Source of the DNA: Camelus dromedarius
Taxonomy: Eukaryota
Length of the DNA: 64,000 bases
Direction: 5' to 3'
NCBI RefSeq assembly: GCF_036321535.1
Contig: NC_087447.1
Span: 51,524,001-51,588,000 of the forward strand
The translations under genes and the position numbers were made by a program. The notes under the pieces are model-generated. The model made no database searches, was not told the DNA's origin, and saw nothing but the letters and a program-made list of their open reading frames with translations. Of the stretch, positions 41,804 through 53,218 are shown piece after piece (position 1 is the stretch's first letter; each line of letters begins with the position of its first letter).

Positions 41804-43779
41804 CAGGCATACCTTGGAAAACTGTGGGTTCAGTTCCAGACCACCAGGATAAAGTGAATATCATAATAAAACAGGTCATGAATTTTTTGATTTCCCAATG
41901 CATATAAAAGTTATGCTTACACTATACTGTAGTAAGTGTGCAATACCATTATGTCTAAAAAAACAACATACATGCCTTAATTAAAAAATACTTTATTGTT
42001 GCTCCCTGACTTCAGACTACACTACAAAGCTACAGTAATCAAAACAGTATGGTAATGGCACAAAAACAGACACATAGATCAATGGAACAGGACAGAAAGT
42101 CCAGAAATAAACCCATGCACTTTATGGTCAATTAACTTATAACAAAGGAGGCAAGAATATACAATGGAGAGAAGACAGTCTCTTCGATAAGCGCTGCTGG
42201 TAAAACTGGACAGCCACCTGTAAAAGACTGAAATTAGAACATTCCCTAACACCATATACAAAAATAAGTTCAAAATGGATTAAAGACCTAAAGTAAAACC
42301 AGATACTATAAAACTCCTAGAGGAAAACATGGGCAGAACACTCTTGGACATAAATCACAGCAACAGATTTTTTCAACCAGCTCCTAGAATAATGGAAATA
42401 AAAGCAAAAATAAACAAATGAAGTCTAATTAAACTTAAAAGCTTTTGCACAGCTAAAAAGACCATCAACAAAACGAAAAGTCAACCAACAGAATAGGACA
42501 AAATATTTGCAAATGATGTGACTGACAAGGGACTAATTTCCAAAAGATATAAACAGCTTATATACCTTAATATAAAAAAAAAAGCAGCCCAATCAAAAAA
42601 TGGGCAGAATACCTAAATAGACATTTCTCCAAAGACATATAAAGAACCAACAAGCACATGAAAAGATGCTCAACATCATTAACTGTTAGAGAAAAGCAAA
42701 TCAAAACTACAATGAGCTATCACCTCACACTAGTTAGAATGGCTATCATTAAAAAGTCTACAAATGATAAATGCTGGAGATGGTGTGCAGAAAAAGGAAC
42801 CCTCCTACACTGTTGGTTGGAGTATAGTTTGGTGCAGCCATTATGGAGGACAGTATGGAGGTTCCTCAAAAAACTAAAACTAGACATCATATGATCCAGC
42901 AATCCCCTTCCTGGGCATATATCTGGAGAAAAGTTAATTCAGTATAATTCACATACACTCCACTGTTCAAAAAGACACATGTACCCCAGCAGCACTATTT
43001 ACAATAGCCAAGACATGGAAACAACACAAATGTCCAGGTGACTGGATAAAGAAGATGTAGTATATACATACACACAATGGAATACTACTCAGCCATAAGA
43101 AAGAATAAAGTAATGTCATTTGCAGCACAGTGGATAGACTTGGAGATCATCATTCTAAGTGAAGAAAGCCAGAAACAGAAAGAAAAATCCGTATGATATC
43201 ACTTATATGTGGAATAGAAAAAAAAGGACACAAATGAACCTATTACAAAACAGAAACAGAATTACAGACATAGAGCACAAATTTATGGTTACCAGGGGGT
43301 AAAGGGTATGGGAAGGGATAAATTGGGAATTTGAAAATTAAACCTCTTGGGGAGTGATGGAAATGTTAGCTATCTTGATTGTGTTGGTGGTTTCATGGGT
43401 GTATACATCTATCAAAATTCATCAAAATGTACATCTGAAATATGTGTAGTTCACTGTATAGGAACCATACCACAATAAAGGTGTTAAAAAAAACTTTATT
43501 GCTAAAAATGCTAACCATCATCTGCGCCATCAGCAAGTTATAATCTTTTTGCAATAGTAACACAGATCACCATGACAAATACCATAATAATGAAAAAGTC
43601 TTCCAATATTTCAAGAATTAACAAAATGTGACACAGAGACACAAAATGAGCAAATAATGTTGGAAAAATGGCACTGACAGACTTACTGAATGGCAGAATT
43701 GCCACAAACATTCAATTTGTAAAACCACAGTATCTGCGAAGCGCAATAAAGCAAAGCACGATGAAACAAAGTATGTCTG
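41804..43779. mobile_element. Tigger1-derived non-autonomous DNA transposon, split by an L1
   Basis: TA|CAGGCATACC...GTATGTCTG|TA terminal inverted repeats with TA target duplication. The two halves rejoin once the L1 is removed. Confidence 0.88.
41999..43485 (+). mobile_element. 5'-truncated L1 inserted into a Tigger1-derived element
   Basis: ORF2 C-terminal remnants ([30 protein letters not shown]). TSD aaaaaa(t/a)actttattg at 41983-41998 and about 43486-43501. Confidence 0.92.
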
Positions 43780-44279
43780 TAATCCCATTTCACTGAGAAT
43801 GAAACTGAAGATCAGAATTTAAGTGGTTTATCCAAGGTCAAAGAATTAATAAGTGGTAAAAACAGGTCATGAACTCAGGGCTGTCTGTCTCTAATAAAAG
43901 TCTTTTTAAACAATATCATACTGGATTTCATTTATTTATCTGCTATTAAACTCTTTTCATTTATTTATTAACTATATCAAATACAGATGAGACTAAAACT
44001 GATTTAAAATCAGATACATATTAAGCCACATTTCCACAGATGTGATCTGGCAAGGCAAAATGGCCCTCCCATCAATACACACTTTAGTAATCAATCCTTA
44101 GTCTGCATGATGTTTATAAGTAGCATTTTTAAAATATTATAAGAAACAAGTTTACGTATATTATGATATTTCAAAAGAAAGTTTACACCACAAGATGAAT
44201 TAATTAATTATAAAAGCTTTGTTTAAAGACAGTCAAAAAGACCCTGCATGTGTAAATCAATGCCGTTTGTAACTAAAAG

Positions 44280-45020
44280 ACACATGTATTTCTTTCAATC
44301 TCTTATATCTCTGAACATCAAATTTACAACTAACATCTCTTAGTTTGTAAGAATAACAAGGGATGTTAGATAAAGCAAAATGAATAAAAAATCCTAACGT
44401 GTTTTCAAAAGCTATCTTCATCCTTGAACCCAAATGATTACAAATTACAAACATTTTATTTCCACTCTTTAGTTACTGGACTAGTTCCTAGACTACAAAA
44501 CAGGAACTAGAGACAGCTTAGAGACATTGAAGGTTGCACAGCAAAAGGAGGATTCTAAAGAACTTAACCAAGAAATCTCATGTTCTTTAGGGTTGGTGTT
44601 TAAAAGAATTCTCGTAAGAAAAGAAGTGTATTTCTATTGATTCCAGATAAATGTAGCCCCATCTGTTTCAAATTTAAACAGGCTGTTTCAGTCCAAAAGA
44701 ATAATTCTCTATTATGGAACACTTCTAAAGTGATATGGTTTCTAAAACAATGTTGTATTCCCAGTAACAGCACCTTAAAAGACTTACTTTACACAAATCA
44801 TAATTCAAGAGAGTACCCAAGTGACTGTAGCATTCCTTGAAAGACAATTCCACCCCAACCAGTGAGTTTAAACATAATTACATTTATAAAGTTTGCATTG
44901 AATTTACTTACAACGTATCAAGAGCATATGTCTACTGTGTCAAGCGAGCCACAACTGGATTTAAGTTTGAAAGAAAAATTTCATAAATGTTCAACTATTA
45001 TCTATGTAAATGCTATTCTT
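44280..45020 (+). mobile_element. Degenerate hAT/Charlie-type transposase relic
   Basis: Frameshifted peptides QEISCSLGLVFKRILVRKEVYF, SNLNRL/SVQKNNSLLWNTSKVIWFLKQ and QLDLSLKEKF resemble Charlie/ZBED5/GTF2IRD2-type motifs in the expected order. Confidence 0.6.
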
Positions 45021-46045
45021 AAAATGGTTTCCACATATCATTGTAATACTCCTCACGACAGTCCTGTAAGCTACACAGTACCCTCAACTCACAGATGAAG
45101 GAGTTGAGGCCCAAGATCCTATAACTAGGAAGTGATGAAACTAAGACTTGAAACAAGCCTTTGGATTTTAAATCTCATTATACTAGATACTTCATGTCAT
45201 ACAAACTGTTTAGCCAGAAACACAGAAGTGTGACCAGATGGAAGGGCTAGAAAGACCTCTGTTCCAGTCCAGGACTTCACTGTTCCTTATCTTTGATGGT
45301 CTTCTCCATTTTTCACTTGACTAATTTCTATTCATTCTTCAAGTCACTGCCTAAATAAACTATGAAACGAAGGTTAAGTGCCCCCTTCCGTTCTCCCAGA
45401 AAACCCTGTACTTACTGTATTGCTCTGTGGAAAGCACAGTACTGCATTTCCTATTTACCTAGCTATTTCTCTAACCAGGCTGTAAGACCCCTTGCAGCAC
45501 AGACTTAGTCTTGTTTACTACTGTGTCCCTTCAGCCTAGCACAATGCTTGGCATACAATGGATACTAAAAAACCATATAATGAATGAACCCCAGCTCCCT
45601 CATTCGTTGTAAAAATGGGGTAATTCTCATGGGACTGGTTTCAAATTCAGTGAAATAACATACATAAATCACTCAGAAGACTGGGTACATAGTGAGCACT
45701 TAATAGACAGCAGTTCTTGTTATGATCAAGGATAGCAGAGCCTTATCAAAGATCAAATACAATGAAGGTGAGGTATGGCCAGAAGAAAATGCCACCTATG
45801 AAAATCATAAAAGTCTTCATTCTTGGTTAAGTTATTATAATTAGAGTTTTCAACAAATATTTACTAAGCTTCTATAAGGCACCCAAGGTACTAGTGGTGA
45901 AGGCAAAGTAGTTATGACAAGTTCTAAAAACAAACCAAAAAATCATCCCCCATGGCTCTCGCTGAATTACAGCAGTGAGGGGAAATCTTAGTTGGGTTAT
46001 ATGGCTGCTTAGATTACAACAAAAGGCAACGCGTATGACGGTGAA

Positions 46046-46070
46046 GTTTGTTTGTTTGTTTGTTTGTTTG
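46046..46070. repeat. (GTTT)6 microsatellite
   Basis: Read directly from the sequence. Confidence 0.9.
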
Positions 46071-46834
46071 AAACTAGTACTAACAAGTAAATGGCCAGAG
46101 TCCTAATCAGAGAACCCTGTGAATGAAACTTAACATTCCACTTTTCAACAATTAAGGGAAATATAAATCCTGAAGAACCCCAGGGTCATCAGATCTAATC
46201 TCCATTGTTAGAGGAATCCTCTTCACTGCTGCATATAACAGACAATCAATTTTAGAGTCAAACAAAGCTAGACTTAAATCCCGGTTTTGCACTTCCCAGC
46301 AAATTGCTTCACTTTCCCAAATTTCTATTTTTTCTTTGTGAAATAGTTAACAACATCTAACTGCAATGACATAGTAGGTCATTAATAACTATTGCATCAT
46401 CTGCTTTCCTTTTAGGATTTTTCACTATTCTGGCCACCTCCTCAGAATGTACTTAACTAGAAACACAGTACCCAGGACTGACCGCAGCACTAGAACAGTG
46501 GTCTGACCAGCCCAAAGCCCAGCAGGACTATCACCTCATAAAAGCCAGATCATGAGGGTGACTCAAACCAGAGTGTTTACTGAGCACATACTAATAGCCA
46601 GCACTGCAGGTGATGACCAAATTGGCTTGTGTTCGTGCATTTTCCATTTGTTTAGTGCCAATTGGATAGAAAATTGTCAAAGACGAAACTTAAATGTTTA
46701 TTTAGGTGGGGCTGAGTCAGGAAGGAGAGCTTGTATTCCTGGGCTCAGGGCCAACAACTTCAATAGTGGCTTCTAAAACTAATCACCTTGGTGAGGGAGC
46801 AGATGAGGAAAAAAATTTGATTGAGACATCACTT

Positions 46835-47013
46835 CAGGGTCAGCAAACTTCTTCTGTCAAGGGTCAGATAGTAAATAACTTTTAGGCTTTGCAGTTCACA
46901 CAGTCTCTGTGGTAACCACTCAAATCTGCCACTGCAGCATGAAAGCAGCCACAGACAGTACCTAAATGAATGAGTGTGGTTGTGTTTCAATCAAACCTTC
47001 TTTACAAAAGCAG
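46835..47013. mobile_element. MER58A-like hAT element
   Basis: cagggtcagcaaactt...agatagtaaata...aaagcagccacagaca. Confidence 0.75.
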
Positions 47014-47080
47014 ATATTGCCTTTGCTAAAGGCAAATAGGTTTCGTATCTTTTCATATCATTCAGGACATTCTAATAGGG

Positions 47081-47967
47081 TCTGGCAGAGCCTGCTGACT
47101 GTTATCCATATCCTTCCCTTCTTCCTTAGTAACAGAATCACCAAGTATTAACTAAGCACTGGTCACCCAGAACAAAAACTATGTTTCCTAGTTCCGTGAA
47201 GCAAGAAATAGCCATGTAACTTAAGTTCTCGTCAATGAGACACAAGTAAAATTAGAACATGTAACTTTGTGGAAGTGTCTTTAAAAGGGACTAGGGGTAA
47301 AAATGATGCTCCTCTGCTCTTTCCTTTTCCCTGCAGGCTAGATTACAAAGGGGATAGTTAGAGCTTGGATCTTCAGGCAAAGATCACTTGATGCAGAAGA
47401 GGGAGAAACAAGAAAGAATTGTTACGGAAATGACAGGCCAACCAAGAAACAAGCACCCCTCGGAGGGTTGGAGTATTCAGATTTATTACTCGGCGGGCTC
47501 AGAGGGGCTTCTGATCCAAAGCTCTGAGCACCTCCAAGACATGTGCATGAGGTTTTATAGGGTTAATTACAAGCTTGCGGTATTTGGCCAATAGGCATGA
47601 AACAGCTTTAGCAGCATCATTAACACAAAAGTAGAGGCAGGGAGGCAGGAAACCAGCATTTCAAGGCCAGATACGTCTCTTTGAAAATCCAGCTGGCTAG
47701 CAAAAAAAACATGAACAGGGAATCAGCAAACCAACACTAATTAACTTAGACTTATGAGTTAGCCCAGCAGAACTCAGATCAGTAATCTGACACTTGTTAC
47801 AGTTAGATTTGTGAGTTAGCTTGTTAGCCCAGCCTGGCTTTTCCTTTACAGAATGAGTCTAGGTCATCAAACATCTCAGCTCTGTCTGCCTACAAAAAAG
47901 AATTAAACTTTCCTCTTTTTAAGTCACTATTACTTTGCATTTTCTGTTACCCAATCTAACTAATACA
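47081..47967 (+). mobile_element. Old ERVL-like LTR, interrupted by the 47420-47850 LTR
   Basis: ggcagagcctgctgactg...cttccttagtaacagaatc, ending ctaactaataca. Confidence 0.6.
47420..47850 (-). mobile_element. Solo LTR (ERV1-like)
   Basis: TG...CA ends, 4-bp TSD GAAT. On -, TATAAAA at 47559-47553 and AATAAA at 47487-47482. Confidence 0.88.
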
Positions 47968-48232
47968 TGAGGTAAGAGAAATTTAAAACAGCTTTTTTGT
48001 AACTCTTTCTAATTTTCCACTAATCATCAATCAGACCATGAACACAAAGCTTTTCTTTGTAATACACTTAAACCACGTAATCCAAATAAAAATATTATAA
48101 AACCATATGTGAGTGTAGGTCAACAGAGTTAGAAAAACCAACCTACAGCCAACACTGGAAATCAAAACAGTCAAGCCAAGCATAACAACAATGTAAACTC
48201 TGTCAAAGGAAAAGGATGATCAATCACCTTAC

Positions 48233-48390
48233 CTGATGGTGAACTCTAGCAGCTCCTGGGTTCCCTGAGGGTCCAGATGCTGAAGACTATATACCCTTTC
48301 AAGGCTCTGCTGCAGGAACTGATGGGAGGGATCCTCTTGGGGTGTGATATTGGGAGACACAGCTGATGACACTAATTTTCTACCTGGTAA
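48233..48390 (-). CDS. INTS4: INTS4 exon (about 15)
   Basis: gcttag|TTA...ATC AG|gtaag, 158 nt. LPGRKLVSSAVSPNITPQEDPSHQFLQQSLERVYSLQHLDPQGTQELLEFTIR. Confidence 0.95.
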
Positions 48391-49413
48391 CTAAGCAAAC
48401 ATAGTGGGGTTACAGTGCCATCAAATTTTGTGGTAACACAAAGAAACTAGGGAGAAAAAAAAGTCAGCCAAACAAAGGAATAGAAAAAAAGACTAGGTAA
48501 TTCTGTAAATAATCTTTTTCTCCTTCACCAGCTTCAGTGGGAAAAAGGGAGGGAGAAAATGAACATGATCTACCAATACAGTCAAAAGCTCCAAGGAGAA
48601 AAAGAAGAATGGTATATTTTCTATTGCTAACTGAAACAAATGGGCTAACCATAGAAATGGGACTAAAAATTAATCTATTCTCATACTTATTTTTAAATTT
48701 TATTTGATCATTCACTTCATAGAAGAGTGATGATTTATTCCCAAATAATTTTATGTAACATGCTATAAAAATATCTTATACGATAATTGATAATTATAAT
48801 TCTTGTTCTTACTGTTAAAGGTGGCTGCCTTTCAAGAAATAGATGAGGAAAGGATTTCGCTTTTAACTTTGTAATCTTCTATAGTTTTTATTTTATAACC
48901 ATGTACCTATATTACTCTAAACAGTCATTTAGACTACGTAAGCAGGGGTGAGTAAATACAAATAAAGAGCTTAGAAAAGTACCTGTACACAGCATTCAGT
49001 AAGTGTTTGCTATTATTATCACTGTGGGTCATTAAAATCTTTTTTCTTTCTTTATCTCTAAGTCTTAAAAATAATCAAGATTTTATTATTTAAAAGTAAA
49101 TTTGTTGAGAAATGTTTATGTAATTATTAAAATACAACACGATTTAATCCTTGATTTAAAATACATTTGTTCCTGATTCCTTCTTCTTGCTCAATGTAAC
49201 AGAATCAATAACTAACAGACATTTAAAAAATGAATCTTATTAAGAGGTAAAGGCTACAGAAACAAAAGTACAAAACAATGGGAGACAGACCAAGAGAGAA
49301 AGAGGATAAATGTCTATTCAGAGAATAGATTGTCTGCTTTCTGCTATTTAACAGTCACAAAGGACCAAAAATCAAAATACCAAAAACAAGGACAAAAGAT
49401 GTTTTCAACATAC

Positions 49414-49547
49414 CCTCAAGGCAGGAACAAGATGAGAAAGACTGTCACGGAGGTAGGCATAGTGCCTGAAGGTATGATCTGAAAATAATGCGGGCATTGT
49501 TGGACAGGTTTTAGCAGCGTTGAAAATAAGAACCAAAACTGCAATGT
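49414..49547 (-). CDS. INTS4: INTS4 exon (about 14)
   Basis: catcag|AC ATT...AGG|gtatg, 134 nt. (Y)IAVLVLIFNAAKTCPTMPALFSDHTFRHYAYLRDSLSHLVPALR. Confidence 0.96.
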
Positions 49548-50368
49548 CTGATGGATGAGTTAAGTAAACTTGGAGGTATAAAAGGCTAAGCTTGGCCAGA
49601 AACTGGTGGCTCTACTTCCCACCCCCCAAATTCCCATTAAATAACTACAATGTTCTAACAAAGAAATGCAAATTCAAAGAGATACATTACCCCACTCCAA
49701 ATTACCCCAATTACTCCTCCAATTACCAAAGGAAGGTTTTTAAAATAATGCCTGCTGCTGAGAATATGAACAAATAGAAACTTTCCATATATTGCCTATT
49801 AAAGTATATACTGGCACAAGCCCTTTGGATAATAATTTGGTACTAAACAATTAGAGTCTTACGAATGTTGAGTAATTCCACATCTCAAACTCAAACAGTA
49901 CAGAATCATTTATAATAGCAAATAATCAGAAACAACCTAAATGTCCAAAACCAGAATAATTATACCACTTGTGTTTCATCTACTTGATGGAGTATTATAC
50001 AATCATTAAAAATTATATTTATAAAGGATTTATACTGTATCATAAGCATTTGTTATAAGTGAAAAAAGCAGGCTCTAAAATACATAGAGGATATGATAGT
50101 ATCTTTTTATCATCAAATATTTGTTGATGAAATAAACTATGTTAAAAAATAAAATAACAGCAAAATCCCAAATTCAAGCTTTTAAAAAGGAAGAAGGAAA
50201 TACACCAAAATATTAACAGTCAATTACTTTGAGAGTAGAACTCTGGGTGTTAAATATGAAATTTCTTCTTTCTACTTTTGAAATTTTTCTTCCCATGTAT
50301 ATTAATTTTATAAGAGAGGGGAAATTAGAGATTAAAAGTAAACATACCTTCTAATCTGTATGCATCCC

Positions 50369-51303
50369 TAGGACAGAGCCTGCTATTTGCCTATCCAATA
50401 TCCATTGTTTCCTTTTTCCTTACCAGTAGTGAGACAGGAAGGGGGCAGGGCACAGCCATTCAAGGAATGCTACAGCAATTAACATCAAAATGGTGAAAAA
50501 CTCAACCTCCAGTAGGCCTTCAGGCTCAAGATGGTAGGAGATTTGACTTCTAATAGATCTCAAGCTTCATTATATGCTTATTGTAATATATTAGGATGGT
50601 GAATAACATGCCTACAGGCGACATGACAGTCTCAAGGCTAGCCACAAAAGGTCAAAGAGTAAGAAATGGCCAAACTCCTGGGAATTCCAGCCCCTTCCTC
50701 AGGCTAGTTAGACTGGTCCTTCCACTTTTTTGCATATGAAGCTACCAAGGCCCATAAAAATGGGCAACACTGCCCCTTACACCCCCCAACTCTGTCTATG
50801 GAGTGTCTACCTACTTTTACTCTAATCTGAGCACCCAACCCCCACACCTCATGGCCTTTCTCTTGCCTTTCGATGTATCTCTCTGAATAAATTTACCTGT
50901 ACTCAACTTTGGCTCGCTCTTGAATTCTTTCCTGCACAAAGCCAAGGACCCACACTTGGCGGGGCACGTCCCAGGGGCTCAACTGAAGCCTAGGACATAG
51001 CCCTCCTCACGCCCCACATCTGTTTTTCCTGCATCAGTAGAATACTGACTTTATTCCAAATAAACTCTAAATTCCTGTCTATAAGCTGGACCCGACGACC
51101 AGAGCTCTAGCAACAATTTTGGACAACTGAACATGGCAGAACAGAAAAACAGAAGGAGCCTGGATCACCAAGGATAATGTGGAGTTGCTATATAAGCACC
51201 AGATTTCTTTCACATTAGGAGAAAAAAATTGTGAGTAATATTTAAGCTATATTTTGGGGCAATTTATGTTACTCAGAGCCAAACACGTTTCTTAAATAAC
51301 ACA
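50369..51303 (+). mobile_element. Old ERVL-like LTR, interrupted by the 50430-51036 LTR
   Basis: ggacagagcctgctatttgcctatcc...ccttaccagtag|aatactgactttatt is contiguous once the insert is removed. Confidence 0.6.
50430..51036 (+). mobile_element. Solo LTR (ERV1-like)
   Basis: TG...CA ends, 4-bp TSD GTAG. CATAAAAA near 50753 and AATAAA at 50886-50891. Confidence 0.88.
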
Positions 51304-52347
51304 ATCCTCTACCCAGAAAAATATCTTAATAGGCTTCAAAAAATGTTTATTTTATTTTATTTTAATGTGAAAGGGGCTTCAGATTTCAGAGCACTTTAAT
51401 ATGTTCTGTATGATCTGTATTAACACCAAGCCCACAACCACCCTTCTGATGAGCTGAATTCCAAATAACTATAGCAGTGCACCTTTAAAGGTAAGGTGGG
51501 GGATGTATCTTTCTTAGAGGTAAACAGAGTCAGACACTGGTTAGCACAACAATTACACTGATCTTTCAAAAACTTCTTCAAATGCACTGAGGAAATAAAC
51601 AGAATTAAGAGAAAAATACAGTGGTCATCTTACAATAGCCAGTTATTTGGCTGATTCCTGTATCTCAATAAATATCCCCCAAAACCTCACCAAGGATCTG
51701 CAATAGTGAAAAGAACTATGGGAAAGTATGGATGTACTGATATAAATCTATTCCCATTACTGGAAAACAACCCAACTGCATGGCATGCTGCCCAAAGCTA
51801 TCACAAACCCCCTCAACTTGTATCAGAGGCAGAGTAATCATGCAGCCTAGCTCAGCCCATCCCCTCCTTCAGGCTGCAGATCAAATTAAACATGAAATAA
51901 GAAAGACGGAAAAGTCCAAGGACTTTAAAACCAAAGATCTCTGGCTTTGAAGCCCAGATTTGCTACTTGGAGAGTTATTTAGCCTCTCTAAGCTTCATTT
52001 CCTCACCTGTAAACTAGGAATAATACCTTCTTCCAGGGTTGTTTGGAAGACTAGTGTAAAATGTTCATACATTTAAACAGTATGTGGAATATTGTAGGTG
52101 CTCAATAAATGGTTAAAAAAAGTAGTAGTAGTATTAAATGACAAAGCTGAATTGCTGTGAAAACAAGAATGAAAGCCGAGAATAATAACCACCAGGCTCC
52201 TTCAGGATATACTCTTAACTAAGAAAAATGAGAAGAAAAACAAAACACAAAACAAAAAAACCTTCAAACCACCCAAGTTGCACTGCAGAAAAAGATGCCG
52301 AAATTCCCTGCTAAGTCAGCAGGGTCTGTTCTAAGCAAAGAGGATAC

Positions 52348-52463
52348 AAGCCGGATCATCCATGTCTGGTTCAGCAGTGTCAAAAAACGGATGGGTACTC
52401 AGGAGCTCCGGCACCAAGGGGAGCACCAGGGTTGGATGTCGACTTCCCAGAAACTTCAAACAT
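52348..52463 (-). CDS. INTS4: INTS4 exon (about 13)
   Basis: tttcag|A TGT...GCT T|gtatcc, 116 nt. CLKFLGSRHPTLVLPLVPELLSTHPFFDTAEPDMDDPA. Confidence 0.96.
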
Positions 52464-52672
52464 CTGAAACAAACAAAATGAGGGCCCACTTTAGAAAGTT
52501 AATAAATGCTTTAAAAAGTACTGGGAACTGGAATCAGAAAACCTGATTCAGAATCACAAATTTACAACCATCTAATTTTTAAACCTCTACGACTTCAGAT
52601 AAGTCATTTAGTTATTCTAGAATTCAGTTAATTCATCTAAAAAATTGGTTACTATGAAGATGAAAGAGCTAA

Positions 52673-53218
52673 TGTAGCAGATATTACTACAGGTTGTTTA
52701 ACTAACAACCATTTCCTCCAGCTTCCTTACCAAAAGAACCCTGATTTTTACTCTGGCATCAGGTAGGTAGGCAGCAAAGGGCTCAAAGAAGGCAGGCCCA
52801 GTCAAAGAGCTCAACCACACCTGGTCTAAACCCATCATGGCAATCCCATTCCCATTTTCCAGTGATTGGTTTGGAGGCAGTCAAGTAACCCAATTCTGGT
52901 CAATGGAACAAGAAAGAGGTCTGCTGGGGAGCATATGAGGAATGTTTTCCTAAGCAAATAAAAAGAGAAGTGCATGAGAGGAAATGCCCTCTTCTTTACA
53001 TTTTAAGATAATGTCTTATGAGCCAGCCATCCTGCAACCATGAGGAGAAAGCCAAGAGAATTGCAGAGAAATCAACGCGTACTAACCCTGTTAAGCTGTT
53101 GAATGACCAATCCTGAAATCAACTTTCTGAGGTCTTATTGTGCAAAACATTAGACCTTATTGTTTAAGCCACTTTTAAGCAGATTTTCTGTTACTTATAG
53201 GCAAAGGCATTCTAACTG
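52673..53218 (+). mobile_element. Old ERVL-like LTR
   Basis: tgtagcagat...cttccttaccaaaagaaccctgatttt...ttgtttaagcca...cattctaact. Confidence 0.6.

Larger units (their letters stand above)
49548..52347 (-). other. U12-type (minor spliceosome) GT-AG intron of INTS4
   Basis: 5' splice site T|GTATCCTC (U12 consensus GTATCCTT). Branch-like TACTTAAC (49566-49559) lies 11 nt before the end of the terminal AG. There is no polypyrimidine tract. Confidence 0.88.
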
